Assembly (NCBI GenBank): GCA_016196545.1
Contig: JACPXM010000036.1
Coordinates: forward strand, 483-64,482
Direction: 5' to 3'
DNA from: Candidatus Omnitrophota bacterium
GTDB lineage: Bacteria; Omnitrophota; Omnitrophia; Omnitrophales; Aquincolibacteriaceae
Length of the DNA: 64,000 nucleotides
Shown here: one piece after another, positions 63,981 through 64,000 of the stretch
Numbering within the stretch: the stretch's first letter is position 1
Layout: every line of letters starts with the position of its first letter
Notes under the pieces: model-generated
The model's database searches: none
What the model was told of the DNA's origin: nothing
The model's input: the letters and a program-made list of their open reading frames with translations, nothing else
Made by a program: the position numbers and the translations under genes

Positions 63981-64000
63981 TTTTTTGGATTTTTTCGCCT

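Larger units (their letters stand above)
54864..64000 (-). mobile_element. Integrative element with serine recombinase and its own replication module; right end lies beyond the window
   Basis: A contiguous co-oriented block: recombinase, DUF4160/DUF2442, resolvase-like protein, Pif1-like helicase, SF3-like NTPase, CHC2 zinc-finger protein and unknowns. The left boundary is inferred where homology of relic B stops (about 54863). Confidence 0.7.

Overview
This 64-kb window comes from a diderm bacterium; the taxon cannot be determined from the sequence alone. Coding density is high and almost all track ORFs that overlap the calls below on the opposite strand are shadow ORFs.

Layout:
- 1-566 (-): a pseudouridine synthase truncated by the window edge. 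It is absent from the ORF track.
- About 600-1060: an unexplained GC-rich, heavily base-paired noncoding region.
- 1.1-17.2 kb, all on the + strand: hisI-trpE-trpG-trpD-trpC-trpF, an NtrB/NtrC-type sigma-54 two-component pair, dnaK, a MoxR-DUF58-vWA (Bat-like) operon, and yqeY.
- 17.2-17.4 kb: gene orientation flips from + to -. The gap holds a good dif-like XerC/D site, which suggests a replication terminus.
- 17.4-64 kb, every gene on the - strand:
  - def, an ACT-domain protein, the CCA-adding enzyme, an MFS transporter, rmuC and rng.
  - A type IV pilus cluster: a stand-alone MshEN-domain protein, two PilB-class ATPases, then pilC, pilA, pilM, pilN, pilO, pilP and pilQ.
  - Housekeeping genes: an endonuclease III-like protein, thpR, cinA, a pgsA-pgpA fusion and rimO.
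  - tRNA-Asp, a response regulator, tRNA-Val, a LOG-family protein, a J-domain protein and an HTH protein.
  - A Sec-type (clade II-like) nitrous oxide reductase cluster (nosZ, membrane protein, nosD, nosF, nosY, nosL, cupredoxin), followed by CheY, HD-GYP and a hybrid histidine kinase.
  - From about 54.9 kb to the window end, an integrative element. It carries a large serine recombinase, DUF4160/DUF2442, a resolvase-like protein, a Pif1/RecD-like helicase, an SF3-like NTPase, a CHC2 zinc-finger protein and several unknowns.

Most interesting observations:
1. The nos and signalling block is bracketed by two decayed 3' fragments of large-serine-recombinase genes. They share a 24/25-nt core with each other and a diverged copy inside the intact recombinase next door. 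This suggests serial accretion of mobile elements and mobile acquisition of nosZ.
2. The dif-like site sits at the orientation switch.
3. The structured region at 0.6-1.06 kb.
4. A 39-41-nt perfect palindrome family occurs at three gene ends.
5. A stand-alone MshEN (c-di-GMP receptor motif) protein heads the pilus operon.

No CRISPR array, rRNA or transposase gene was seen. All functional calls rest on motif recognition by eye, not on database searches.
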